DNA from: Gammaproteobacteria bacterium
GTDB lineage: Bacteria > Pseudomonadota > Gammaproteobacteria > Steroidobacterales > JBCCMA01
Assembly: GCA_045106455.1 (NCBI GenBank)
Contig: JBGCEL010000010.1
Coordinates: 116,878-180,877, forward strand
Length of the DNA: 64,000 nucleotides
Direction of reading: 5' to 3'
In this document: piece after piece, positions 10,771 to 19,831 of the stretch
Position numbering within the stretch: position 1 is the first letter of the stretch
Layout of the letters: each line of letters begins with the position of its first letter
Program-made: the position numbers and the translations under genes
The notes under the pieces: generated by a model
The model's input: only the letters and a program-made list of their open reading frames with translations
Told to the model about the DNA's origin: nothing
The model's database searches: none

Positions 10771-11949
10771 ATGTCAAATCGCTACCTGTTCACCTCGGAG
10801 TCGGTCTCGGAAGGCCACCCGGACAAAATGGCTGACCAGATTTCCGACGCTATTCTCGACGCCATTTTGGAGCAGGACGCCAACGCGCGCGTGGCCTGCG
10901 AGACGATGGTAAAAACAGGCATGGCGATCATCGCCGGTGAAATATCGACCTCGGCCTGGGTCGATCTTGAGAACCTAACTCGCAATGTTATCAAGGACAT
11001 AGGATACGACAGCTCGGAAGTCGGCTTCGACGGAGAGACCTGCGCCGTGCTCAATGCCATTGGCAAGCAGTCTGAGGACATCGCTCAGGGCGTGGATCGG
11101 GAAACCGACGAGAATCAGGGCGCCGGCGACCAGGGCCTGATGTTCGGCTACGCCAGCAATGAAACCAACGTGCTGATGCCCGCCCCCATCACCTATGCCC
11201 ACCGTCTAGTGGAAAAACAAGCGCAGGTACGCAAAGCCGGCGAACTGAGCTGGCTGCGCCCGGATGCCAAAAGCCAGGTCACATTTCGCTACGAAGATCA
11301 CAAACCTGTGGGCATCGAAGCGATAGTCTTGTCCACCCAGCACGATCCCGACGTATCCAACAAGGATATCCGGGAAGGCGTCATGGAACAGATCATCCAA
11401 AAAGTGCTGCCGGCCGAATGGTTGGCGACGTGCAAGGATAAGGATATCCACATTAACCCCACCGGCAATTTCGTCGTGGGCGGCCCGCAGGGCGATTGCG
11501 GCCTGACCGGGCGCAAAATCATTGTGGATACGTATGGCGGGATGGCTCGCCACGGTGGCGGCGCGTTCTCGGGTAAAGACCCGTCGAAGGTGGACCGCTC
11601 GGCCGCGTATGCCTGTCGCTATGTGGCCAAGAACATTGTGGCCGCACAGCTCGCAGAGCGTTGCGAGATTCAGGTCTCCTACGCCATTGGTGTTGCGGCA
11701 CCAACGTCCATCACGGTGGACACGTTTGGTACTGGGAAAGTGCGCGAAGAGAGCCTCACGGCCATGGTGCGCGAACATTTTGACCTGCGCCCGTACGGCA
11801 TCTTGAAAATGCTGGATCTGGTGCGACCTATTTACCGACCCACGGCGGCCTATGGCCACTTCGGGCGCGACGAGGCTGGCTTTAGCTGGGAAAAGACCGA
11901 CCGTGCCGACGCACTGCGCGACGCGGCCAAAAATCTCAAGAGCGCCTAA
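10771..11949 (+). CDS. metK: S-adenosylmethionine synthetase
   Basis: 392 aa with [22 protein letters not shown] and [12 protein letters not shown]; canonical MetK. Confidence 0.97.
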   Translation: MSNRYLFTSESVSEGHPDKMADQISDAILDAILEQDANARVACETMVKTGMAIIAGEISTSAWVDLENLTRNVIKDIGYDSSEVGFDGETCAVLNAIGKQSEDIAQGVDRETDENQGAGDQGLMFGYASNETNVLMPAPITYAHRLVEKQAQVRKAGELSWLRPDAKSQVTFRYEDHKPVGIEAIVLSTQHDPDVSNKDIREGVMEQIIQKVLPAEWLATCKDKDIHINPTGNFVVGGPQGDCGLTGRKIIVDTYGGMARHGGGAFSGKDPSKVDRSAAYACRYVAKNIVAAQLAERCEIQVSYAIGVAAPTSITVDTFGTGKVREESLTAMVREHFDLRPYGILKMLDLVRPIYRPTAAYGHFGRDEAGFSWEKTDRADALRDAAKNLKSA

Positions 11950-12014
11950 ACCGGACCCTATATTTTTAAAACGCTTCAACTTCACAACTATTTGACCACT
12001 GACGGAGACACATC

Positions 12015-13325
12015 ATGAGTACACCAGCCAAGCAGCTGCGCGCCGATTACAAAGTGCGCGACATTGCCGATGCTGAACTCGGGCGCAAGGAAATTGCGAT
12101 TGCCGAAACGGAAATGCCGGGCCTGATGGCCTTGCGCGAAGAATACGGCGCATCGCAACCGCTCAAAGGAGCGCGCATTGCGGGCTGCCTGCACATGACC
12201 ATTCAAACGGCCGTACTGATCGATACGCTGGTCGCACTGGGCGCAGAAGTGCGCTGGTCATCGTGCAATATTTTCTCCACGCAGGATCACGCCGCCGCCG
12301 CGATGGCACAAAGTGGTGTGCCGGTGTTCGCATGGAAGGGCGAGACCGAAGAGGAATACTGGTGGTGTGTCGAACAAACGATTCACGGGCCGGATGGCTG
12401 GGTTCCCAACATGATCCTGGACGATGGCGGCGACCTCACACAGCTCGTCCACGACAAATACCCAGAGCTTTTGAAAAACATCAATGGCGTGACCGAAGAG
12501 ACCACCACGGGCGTCAAACGTCTGTATGACATGGAACGCGACGGCGAGCTTTTGACACGCGCCATTAACGTGAACGACTCGGTCACGAAATCGAAATTCG
12601 ACAATCTTTACGGCTGCCGCGAATCGCTGGTCGACAGCATCAAGCGCGCGACCGACGTCATGGTGGCGGGCAAAGTTGCTGTGGTCTGTGGTTTTGGCGA
12701 CGTGGGCAAAGGCTCCGCACAGTCACTGCGCGGCCTGGGCGCCACCGTCTTGATTACCGAAATCGATCCGATCTGCGCCCTGCAGGCCGCGATGGAAGGC
12801 TATCGCGTTGTGGAGCTGAACGACGTGGTGGAAGACGTTGATATTTTTGTCTCGGCAACGGGCAACTATCACATCATCACGCACGACCACATGAAGCGCA
12901 TGAAAAATCAGGCCATCGTCTGCAACATTGGCCACTTCGACAACGAAATCGACGTAGCGTCGCTGAAGCAGTACGAATGGGAAAACATCAAAGAGCAGGT
13001 CGATCACGTGATCTTCCCGGACGGCAAACGCATTATCCTTCTGGCCGAAGGTCGCCTGGTGAACTTGGGCTGCGGCACGGGTCACCCGAGCTTCGTGATG
13101 TCCAACTCGTTCACCAACCAGGTGCTGGCGCAGATCGAGCTGTGGCAGAATCCGGACAACTACGAACACAAAGTGTATGTGTTGCCCAAACAGCTGGACG
13201 AAAAAGTAGCGCGCCTTCACCTGGAGCGTATCGGCGCCAATCTCACCGAGCTGCGTGACGATCAGGCCGAGTACATCGGCGTAGAAAAATCCGGTCCATA
13301 CAAGCCGGAATACTACCGCTACTAA
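12015..13325 (+). CDS. ahcY: Adenosylhomocysteinase
   Basis: 436 aa with NAD-binding [13 protein letters not shown] and the C-terminal ...PYKPEYYRY typical of SAH hydrolase. Confidence 0.97.
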   Translation: MSTPAKQLRADYKVRDIADAELGRKEIAIAETEMPGLMALREEYGASQPLKGARIAGCLHMTIQTAVLIDTLVALGAEVRWSSCNIFSTQDHAAAAMAQSGVPVFAWKGETEEEYWWCVEQTIHGPDGWVPNMILDDGGDLTQLVHDKYPELLKNINGVTEETTTGVKRLYDMERDGELLTRAINVNDSVTKSKFDNLYGCRESLVDSIKRATDVMVAGKVAVVCGFGDVGKGSAQSLRGLGATVLITEIDPICALQAAMEGYRVVELNDVVEDVDIFVSATGNYHIITHDHMKRMKNQAIVCNIGHFDNEIDVASLKQYEWENIKEQVDHVIFPDGKRIILLAEGRLVNLGCGTGHPSFVMSNSFTNQVLAQIELWQNPDNYEHKVYVLPKQLDEKVARLHLERIGANLTELRDDQAEYIGVEKSGPYKPEYYRY

Positions 13326-13345
13326 TACGCGCAAATCCCACGAAG

Positions 13346-13382
13346 AAAAAACGGCCGCAGCGAAAGCTACGGCCGTTTTTTT
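13346..13382. terminator. Bidirectional intrinsic terminator between ahcY and the rubredoxin gene
   Basis: AAAAAACGGCCGcAGCgaaaGCTaCGGCCGTTTTTTT: a 7+3 bp stem with a GAAA loop, an A-run on the left and a T7 run on the right. Confidence 0.8.
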
Positions 13383-13545
13383 ATATCTCGACCATCTCGA
13401 AGTCTTCTTTGCCCGCACCACAGTCCGGGCAGCGCCAGGACAAAGGCACGTCTTCCCAGCGGGTGCCAGGCTCGATGCCCTCCTCCGGGTCTCCTTTGCG
13501 TTCCTCGTAAACGTAGCCGCAAATTACGCACATGTAGGCTTTCAT
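13381..13545 (-). CDS. Rubredoxin
   Basis: 54-aa ORF below the ORF-track size cutoff: [54 protein letters not shown]. It has two CxxCG knuckles plus conserved aromatic residues, and GGGAG lies 4 nt upstream of the ATG. Confidence 0.85.
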   Translation of the reverse strand: MKAYMCVICGYVYEERKGDPEEGIEPGTRWEDVPLSWRCPDCGAGKEDFEMVEI

Positions 13546-13690
13546 ACTCCCATCCTAACAGGCCACGGCGCCGCACTGAATAATCCGGTGTCGCCCCGGC
13601 TGTGTGTTGCCAGATTGCCTGCCGTTTGTGCGACAATTCGGGGCTGCGCAACGCGCATTCCAGCGATTATTTCACTCACAGGAGAGCACC

Positions 13691-14968
13691 TTGAGCCACG
13701 CCGAATTCGAAGAAGCCAAAAAATACATTCCAGGTGGTGTGAACTCACCGGTTCGCGCCTTTGGCAACGTGGGGGGCGATCCTATTTTCATCGCACGAGC
13801 CAAGGGCTCGAAAATTGTGGCCACCGACGGTCGCGAGTTTATCGACTATGTTGGCTCCTGGGGCCCGATGATCCTTGGCCACGCAGACGATTCGGTCATC
13901 GAGGCCGTCCGCGAAGCGGCGTTGGACGGATTGAGCTTTGGTGCCCCGACCGTATCCGAAACGCGTCTGGCCAAACTGGTTCAGCATTTTTTCCCCGGCA
14001 TGGCACGTATGCGCATGGTGAGCTCCGGCACCGAGGCCACCATGAGCGCCATTCGCCTGGCGCGCGGCTACACCGGCCGCGATCGCATCGTTAAATTTGA
14101 GGGCTGCTACCACGGCCACGCCGATGCGCTGTTGGTCAAAGCCGGCTCCGGTGCGCTAACGCTTGGCGTGCCAAGTTCCGGCGGCGTGCCTGCGGGTGCC
14201 GCCGCCGACACACTCACCGCCACATTCAATGACCTCGACAGCGTGAAGGCATTGTTTGCCAGCGGCGCCGAACACATTGCGGCCATCATTGTTGAGCCCA
14301 TCGCTGGCAACATGAACTTCGTCTTGCCCACACCTGAATTTTTACGCGGTCTGCGCGAACTGTGTGATCAACACGGCGCGCTGCTGATTTTTGATGAAGT
14401 GATGACCGGTTTTCGCGTGGCACCCGGCGGGGCTCAGTCGTTGTTTGACGTCGAACCCGACATCACCACCCTTGGCAAGATTGTTGGTGGCGGCATGCCG
14501 GTGGGCGTGTTTGGCGGCCGTCTCGAGGTCATGAACGCGATTGCGCCGCTCGGTGCCGTTTATCAGGCCGGCACGCTGTCGGGCAACCCTGTCGCCATGG
14601 CAGCCGGCATTGCCACACTCGAAGCGCTGCGGGACACCTCGCGCTACGATGCACTGAGTACGATGACCGAACACTTCGTCAAAGGCATGCTTAGCGCCGC
14701 CCATGATGCAGGCGTTGCCCTGCACGGAGATTCACGCGGCGGTATGTTTGGATTATTTTTTGGCACCAACGATGCGGTGACCAACTACGATGAGGTGATG
14801 GCCTGCGACAAGGCACTGTTCACCCGCTTCTTCCATGCGATGCTCAAGCGCGGCGTCTATTTCGCACCCTCTTCATTTGAAGCCGGGTTTATTTCGATGA
14901 GTCACTCACGTGAGGACATCGACACCACGCTTGCCCACGCCCACGACGTGTTTACGGAAATAGCCTAA
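13691..14968 (+). CDS. hemL: Glutamate-1-semialdehyde 2,1-aminomutase
   Basis: The track ORF start (13604) is upstream of the conserved N-terminus. TTG 13691, preceded by AGGAG, gives 425 aa starting (M)[23 protein letters not shown]; class-III aminotransferase fold. Confidence 0.93.
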   Translation: MSHAEFEEAKKYIPGGVNSPVRAFGNVGGDPIFIARAKGSKIVATDGREFIDYVGSWGPMILGHADDSVIEAVREAALDGLSFGAPTVSETRLAKLVQHFFPGMARMRMVSSGTEATMSAIRLARGYTGRDRIVKFEGCYHGHADALLVKAGSGALTLGVPSSGGVPAGAAADTLTATFNDLDSVKALFASGAEHIAAIIVEPIAGNMNFVLPTPEFLRGLRELCDQHGALLIFDEVMTGFRVAPGGAQSLFDVEPDITTLGKIVGGGMPVGVFGGRLEVMNAIAPLGAVYQAGTLSGNPVAMAAGIATLEALRDTSRYDALSTMTEHFVKGMLSAAHDAGVALHGDSRGGMFGLFFGTNDAVTNYDEVMACDKALFTRFFHAMLKRGVYFAPSSFEAGFISMSHSREDIDTTLAHAHDVFTEIA

Positions 14969-14973
14969 CGCCG

Positions 14974-15465
14974 TTAGCAGGGCGCCATGGCCGCAGCGCG
15001 GTCACGCACGGGGCCACCAAGCAAGGCTTGCACATTCAGCGCGACGGCACTGACCTTGGAGAGCATTAACAAAAATTGCTCGTTCATGGCCGTTTCATCG
15101 CGCGGGGTAATGCTGTGGCCGGCTTCAGGACACAGAAATACGTCACCGATGTTGCCGAGCCCAACGAAGCCGTGGAGCAGGTTGTCAATGCCCTCAGCCT
15201 GACCCAGACGGATCTCGGTGACTCGTGCATCAAACCAGTTGGCCCAGTTAGATTCATTTACGCCGCGTAAAAACCGGGCGAGTTCGCTACATCGAGCGAT
15301 GAGCTCGACGCGCTGCGATCTGAGTTTGCCTGTGGACGTGGTGGCGCTGGGCCATTCGCTGACCGTTGCCGTTTGCTTATCTTCGCGCAGCACGCGTTCC
15401 CCCAAGTTTGTTATGCGGCGACTATCGACTTTACCCTCTACCCGGGCGGTCGCGTCAGCCTGCAA
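14974..15465 (-). CDS. Hypothetical protein (no family recognised)
   Basis: 163-aa ORF with a non-ATG start as listed (TTG 15465); an internal GTG (..ERVLRED..) is an alternative. The coding-like core is ...SELARFLRGVNESNWANWFDARVTEIRLGQAEGIDNLLHGFVGLGNIGDVF.... It sits 5 nt from the hemL stop (convergent). Confidence 0.45.
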   Translation of the reverse strand: MQADATARVEGKVDSRRITNLGERVLREDKQTATVSEWPSATTSTGKLRSQRVELIARCSELARFLRGVNESNWANWFDARVTEIRLGQAEGIDNLLHGFVGLGNIGDVFLCPEAGHSITPRDETAMNEQFLLMLSKVSAVALNVQALLGGPVRDRAAAMAPC

Positions 15466-15480
15466 AATTCATTGTTTTGT

Positions 15481-16077
15481 TCAGTTTTCGCGGCGCGTCA
15501 TTTCTTTCACCGCCGCAGCCACCACCTCGAGACGACCCAACGGTTCCAGCATCTCGAGACAGGTCTGTTTGTGATCATTGGGCATGGGCAGTATCTCAGC
15601 TAGTCGCGACCCAACCCAGCCCGCATCACCATAATTTACATCTACCATCGAATATTGCTCGCCCAGCTGTTCGATCAGCTGCTCCAGCAAACGCACCAAA
15701 TAGCCAAAATCTTCGGGCAACGGGGTGACCGGATCGTCCGGAATAATCTCCACTTCACCAATGTTCAGCCCGTCCGCCTGACGGTCGCGCGTTTTTATAC
15801 GCACCCTTTGCTGACCCAGCGCCGTGATCCCAAGAACACCGTCGTCATACTGGTGCCAATCCACGATTTTCGCAAGCGTTCCAACATCCCGAAACTGAGT
15901 CTTGCCGGTTTCAGAGCCTTTGTTAATTAAGGTGACCACGAAGCCCTCGTCCTCGCGCATGCAGCGCGTCACCATATCCAGATAGCGCGGCTCAAAAATG
16001 CGCAACATGATGGGGCCATTGGGCATCAGCACGGTGCCCAGCGGGAACAACGGACTCTTATGAGATGGCTCAGTCAT
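15481..16077 (-). CDS. LON-protease N-terminal (substrate-binding) domain protein
   Basis: The conserved domain begins LFPLGTVLMPNGPIMLRIFEPRYLDMV. ATG 16077 (MTEPSHK...) overlaps the ubiX stop by 8 nt. The longer track ORF (to 16212) lies inside ubiX. Confidence 0.8.
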   Translation of the reverse strand: MTEPSHKSPLFPLGTVLMPNGPIMLRIFEPRYLDMVTRCMREDEGFVVTLINKGSETGKTQFRDVGTLAKIVDWHQYDDGVLGITALGQQRVRIKTRDRQADGLNIGEVEIIPDDPVTPLPEDFGYLVRLLEQLIEQLGEQYSMVDVNYGDAGWVGSRLAEILPMPNDHKQTCLEMLEPLGRLEVVAAAVKEMTRREN

Positions 16078-16687
16078 GCCTGCCCCACTTTGGCGCCAAA
16101 GTTTGCTCCACGCCCAACTGCTCCAGTACGCGGGCCACAACAAAGTCGATAATTTCTTCCACTCGCGTCGGCCGATTATAAAACCCGGGATTCGCCGGCA
16201 AAATGGTCGCACCGGCCTCGGCCAGCGCGGTCAAATTGCGCAAATGAATCAGCGACAGCGGCGTCTCGCGCGGCACCAGAATTAACTGCCCGCGCTCTTT
16301 GAGCACAACATCCGCCGCGCGCTCAATCAGGCTGCGGCTGGCTCCCACGGCAAACGCCGACACCGACGCCATGGTGCACGGGCACACCACCATCGTGCGC
16401 GGCGCCCCCGAGCCGCTCGCCACCGGCGCCGTCCACTCGCTTTCACCGTAGACAAACAATTGCTCTTGCTTGCCACCAAACGTGTCGAGCAAAACGCGCC
16501 GTGCGTCGGACGCACGGGCCGGTAACGACAGATCGGTTTCCATGCCAATCACGACACGTGCCGGTTTCGACAGCATAAGATGCACCACGCGGTCGGCCTG
16601 CAACAGACACTCCAGCAGGCGCAGTCCGTACTGCATACCTGAGGCCCCCGTCAGCGCCACAGAAATATGGCGCTCGTCAGTGCGCAC
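16070..16687 (-). CDS. ubiX: Flavin prenyltransferase UbiX
   Basis: ISVALTGASGMQYGLRLLECL at the N-terminus and VVCPCTMAS in the core. GTG 16687 has GGAG 6 nt upstream; the alternative ATG 16726 would overlap mpl by 50 nt. Confidence 0.88.
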   Translation of the reverse strand: MRTDERHISVALTGASGMQYGLRLLECLLQADRVVHLMLSKPARVVIGMETDLSLPARASDARRVLLDTFGGKQEQLFVYGESEWTAPVASGSGAPRTMVVCPCTMASVSAFAVGASRSLIERAADVVLKERGQLILVPRETPLSLIHLRNLTALAEAGATILPANPGFYNRPTRVEEIIDFVVARVLEQLGVEQTLAPKWGRHD

Positions 16688-18023
16688 GTGCGTCTCCGGA
16701 ATCACGTTGGTCGCAGGCCAAAGCAAGGCGTTGACTAAAATTGGCGAAGCCGCCGTTACTCATTACCACCACCGTATCGCCTGACCCTGTCTGCTCCAAC
16801 ACCTGTTGTAGCAGTTTTTCAGTGTCCGTGTGCACTTGCGCATTTTCAAACGACAAATTGAGGCCGGTTGGTGCACACACGTAAGCCACATCGGCAAGCG
16901 CCAGCGCCTCATCCAACGCTTTGGCGTGTACACCCAGCTTCATGGTGTTGGAGCGCAGTTCAACCACGGCGATCAGGCGCGCTCCGGCAGCGTGCTCACG
17001 CAAACCGTGCAGCGTTTTGCGCACGGCGGTGGGGTGATGGGCAAAATCATCGATCACGGTCACCTCACCGCTGGGTCGAATCTCATCCGCTCGTCGGCGC
17101 ACGCCCGCAAAGGTCGCAAGTCCAGCCTGAAGCTGCGCCGCGGTGACGCCGGCATAGGTGGCCGCTGCGCTCGCCGCCACCGCATTGTTGGCATTGTGCT
17201 GCCCCGGTAGCGCCCATTTGACCGCGACCCGGTGCGCCCCTTCAAACTCGATACGCAACTGTTGCTCACTGAGCGCGGCCGACCAGCCATCGGGCGCACA
17301 GAACTTGATCAGAGGCGACCACAGTCCACGCTCGAGCACCTCACGCAACGCCGGATCACTATCGTTGACCACCAGCGCGCCGCGGCCCGGTACGATGCGC
17401 ACCAGATGATGAAACTGTGTCGCAATGGCGGCCAGGTCTGCAAAAATATCCGCGTGGTCAAATTCAAGATTGTTCAGGATCGCCACGGTCGGTTGGTAAT
17501 GCACAAACTTGGAGCGTTTGTCGAAAAACGCCGTGTCGTACTCGTCGGCCTCGACGACGAACCATTCGCCAGCGCCCAAACGCGCCGTCCCACCAAAATT
17601 ATGCGGCACGCCGCCAATCAAAAAGCCGGGGGCCAGCCCCGCCGATTCCAGCAGCCACGCGACCATCGAGGCGGTCGTGGTCTTGCCGTGCGTACCCGCA
17701 ACAGCAATAACGCGCCGCGATGCCAATATGTTCTCACTCAGCCACTGCGGTCCCGAGGTGTAAGTCAGGCCCTCATTGAGAACATACTCGACGGCCGGCG
17801 CACCGCGACTCATCACATTGCCCACCACCACCACATCCGGTCGCGGCGAAAATTGAGCAAGGTCGTCGAGGGGAGTCACGTCAATCTCAAGCGCCGCCAG
17901 ACGATCACTCATCGGCGGATAGATATTTTGATCCGAACCGGTGACACGATGCCCCTGAGCACGGGCCAGCGCCGCAATGCCGCCCATAAACGTGCCACAA
18001 ATGCCGAGAATATGGATGTGCAT
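16677..18023 (-). CDS. mpl: UDP-N-acetylmuramate:L-alanyl-gamma-D-glutamyl-meso-DAP ligase
   Basis: 448 aa with MHIHILGICGTFMGGIAALA and GTHGKTTT; Mur-ligase family of the Mpl type. Confidence 0.92.
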   Translation of the reverse strand: MHIHILGICGTFMGGIAALARAQGHRVTGSDQNIYPPMSDRLAALEIDVTPLDDLAQFSPRPDVVVVGNVMSRGAPAVEYVLNEGLTYTSGPQWLSENILASRRVIAVAGTHGKTTTASMVAWLLESAGLAPGFLIGGVPHNFGGTARLGAGEWFVVEADEYDTAFFDKRSKFVHYQPTVAILNNLEFDHADIFADLAAIATQFHHLVRIVPGRGALVVNDSDPALREVLERGLWSPLIKFCAPDGWSAALSEQQLRIEFEGAHRVAVKWALPGQHNANNAVAASAAATYAGVTAAQLQAGLATFAGVRRRADEIRPSGEVTVIDDFAHHPTAVRKTLHGLREHAAGARLIAVVELRSNTMKLGVHAKALDEALALADVAYVCAPTGLNLSFENAQVHTDTEKLLQQVLEQTGSGDTVVVMSNGGFANFSQRLALACDQRDSGDARAH

Positions 18024-18565
18024 TAGCTGTTCGTTGCCATGTACGGCAAGACCAAACTGGCGGCCCCGAGAAACAAGATCATCTCCATCAGGATAATGCC
18101 GACACTTTGCAACACGCCGATGGCGAGTGCCTCACGCAGAATGGCCGACAGCACCACCAGCGACCAGGCTTCGAGCGCAAAGGTGATCATATGCGGTGTC
18201 TCCACCGGTTCGCCGGGCTGCGGCGGGACCACGGCATCGCCCAAAACCAGCGCAACGCCCACCTTAATAATCAGGATAACCAGCTCAGCGCCAAAAACGG
18301 CCGTCATCGTCTGAACGAAACGTCCCACGTAGCCCTTCGCAGTAAGCAGCAACCAAATCACCGAGCACAGCATGAGCACGTCGATCGAAAAAAACGTCAC
18401 GATCTGCGCCACGCTGAAGCGATCGCCCGGCAACGGAAAGCTCGCAACGAGCGCAAGCGCCAGCAGAGTGAGAAGCAGCAGCGCCGGCGAAGGCGGCAGC
18501 GTCTGCGGCCCTCGCCGCAGGAGCGCGATATCAATGTAGGCCTGAAATATTGCGAGCATTGGCAC
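18023..18565 (-). CDS. Hypothetical inner-membrane protein (4-5 predicted TM helices)
   Basis: 180-aa hydrophobic ORF. Its stop overlaps the mpl ATG (TAATG). No family recognised. Confidence 0.55.
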   Translation of the reverse strand: MPMLAIFQAYIDIALLRRGPQTLPPSPALLLLTLLALALVASFPLPGDRFSVAQIVTFFSIDVLMLCSVIWLLLTAKGYVGRFVQTMTAVFGAELVILIIKVGVALVLGDAVVPPQPGEPVETPHMITFALEAWSLVVLSAILREALAIGVLQSVGIILMEMILFLGAASLVLPYMATNS

Positions 18566-18692
18566 GGAGATTGGGGAGACTTGATTACTTTACCTGCTTG
18601 TCTGCACTCGCGATAGCGGAAAAATGCAGCCGAACCAGCGCGCAAAGTGCTAGTCTTGCCACTGCTTTTCGCAGCGAACTTCCGGGGAAAAC

Positions 18693-19784
18693 ATGACCAG
18701 CACCGGTTCGCCCGATGTCATCGACACTCACGAACCTTTCACGCAATTGTGTGATGCATTGCGCTCCGCGCCCGTCGTGGCCGTGGACACCGAGTTCATG
18801 CGCGTGCGGACCTACGCCCCGGTACTGTGTCTGATCCAGATTTATGACGGTCATCAGGCCGTCTGCGTCGATGCCTTGAAGATCGAAAATCTCGGCGCGC
18901 TTATCGAGGTCTTTGGGCAACACGCACAACCCACGCTGCTGCACTCTGCGCGTCAGGACCTGGAGACCTTCTTTCTCGGTTGCGGGGCCCTGCCCACGAC
19001 GCTGTTCGACACGCAAATTGCCGCCGCACTGACCGGCCCGGACGATCAGCTAAGCTACGCCCAACTGGTTGAAGATATAGCAGGCGTAACGCTCGCCAAG
19101 AGCCAGACACGCACGAACTGGGCGAAGCGCCCACTCACATCGCATCAATTGCAGTATGCCGCGGACGACGTGCGCTACCTTCCCGCGCTGCACGACCATT
19201 TGCGCGACAAGCTCATTGAGCTCGACCGCTTGAGCTGGTTTGAGGAAGATTGCGCTCGCCTGCTTAGCCCCAAGCTCTACGAACCAGATCTTGCCAACGC
19301 CTGGCGGCGCTGCAAATCACGCCGCCCGTTTAGTGACGATCAACGTGGTGCGTTTCGCGCCCTGTGTGCGCTGCGCGAACGCGTGGCGGTGGTCGAGGAC
19401 AAGCCCCGCAAGTGGATCATTGAAGATGCAGGCATCGAGCAGCTCGCCGCGCTTGACACACCGGACGGCAGCGCCATTCGCGGCGTTCTGCACGACGTAC
19501 GCGCCCACCGCAGCCTGAAAATAGACGACATCCTCACCTGCATCGAAGAAGCACCACCGGCCACCGATAAACGTCCGGATCGAATGGCGCCAGAACAAAT
19601 GCGCCTGGTAACCAAAGCGATGGATCTATTGCGCAAACGCGCGGGCGAGCTGGACATCGCGCCCAGCATTTTGGCGCCCCGTCGGGACATCGAGAGATTT
19701 GTGCGCGGAGAGCGCGACGGCACCATCATGAACGGCTGGCGCCGTGATGTGATCGGCCTGCCCTTGAGCGCGGCCTTCGACTAG
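18693..19784 (+). CDS. rnd: Ribonuclease D
   Basis: 363 aa with the DEDD exonuclease motif VAVDTEFMRVRTYAPVLCLIQ, ...YAADDVRYL..., and an HRDC-like C-terminal part. Confidence 0.9.
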   Translation: MTSTGSPDVIDTHEPFTQLCDALRSAPVVAVDTEFMRVRTYAPVLCLIQIYDGHQAVCVDALKIENLGALIEVFGQHAQPTLLHSARQDLETFFLGCGALPTTLFDTQIAAALTGPDDQLSYAQLVEDIAGVTLAKSQTRTNWAKRPLTSHQLQYAADDVRYLPALHDHLRDKLIELDRLSWFEEDCARLLSPKLYEPDLANAWRRCKSRRPFSDDQRGAFRALCALRERVAVVEDKPRKWIIEDAGIEQLAALDTPDGSAIRGVLHDVRAHRSLKIDDILTCIEEAPPATDKRPDRMAPEQMRLVTKAMDLLRKRAGELDIAPSILAPRRDIERFVRGERDGTIMNGWRRDVIGLPLSAAFD

Positions 19785-19793
19785 AGATTGGCC

Positions 19794-19817
19794 GCGTCGC
19801 GGCAGTCGCCGCGACGC
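19794..19817. terminator. GC-rich hairpin between convergent rnd and adk (no U-tract)
   Basis: GCGTCGCGGC-agtc-GCCGCGACGC: a perfect 10-bp stem with a 4-nt loop. No T-run follows on either strand, so terminator function is uncertain. Confidence 0.35.
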
Positions 19818-19831
19818 AATCCCATTTCCGT

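Noticed and set aside
10641-12014. SAM- or SAH-responsive riboswitches upstream of metK and ahcY.
   Set aside because: The candidate metK promoter leaves only a ~30-nt leader. The metK-ahcY spacer is 65 nt and AT-rich, without the conserved SAH or SAM-II/V core sequences or pseudoknot-forming segments that I could recognise. A covariance-model scan would be the decisive test.
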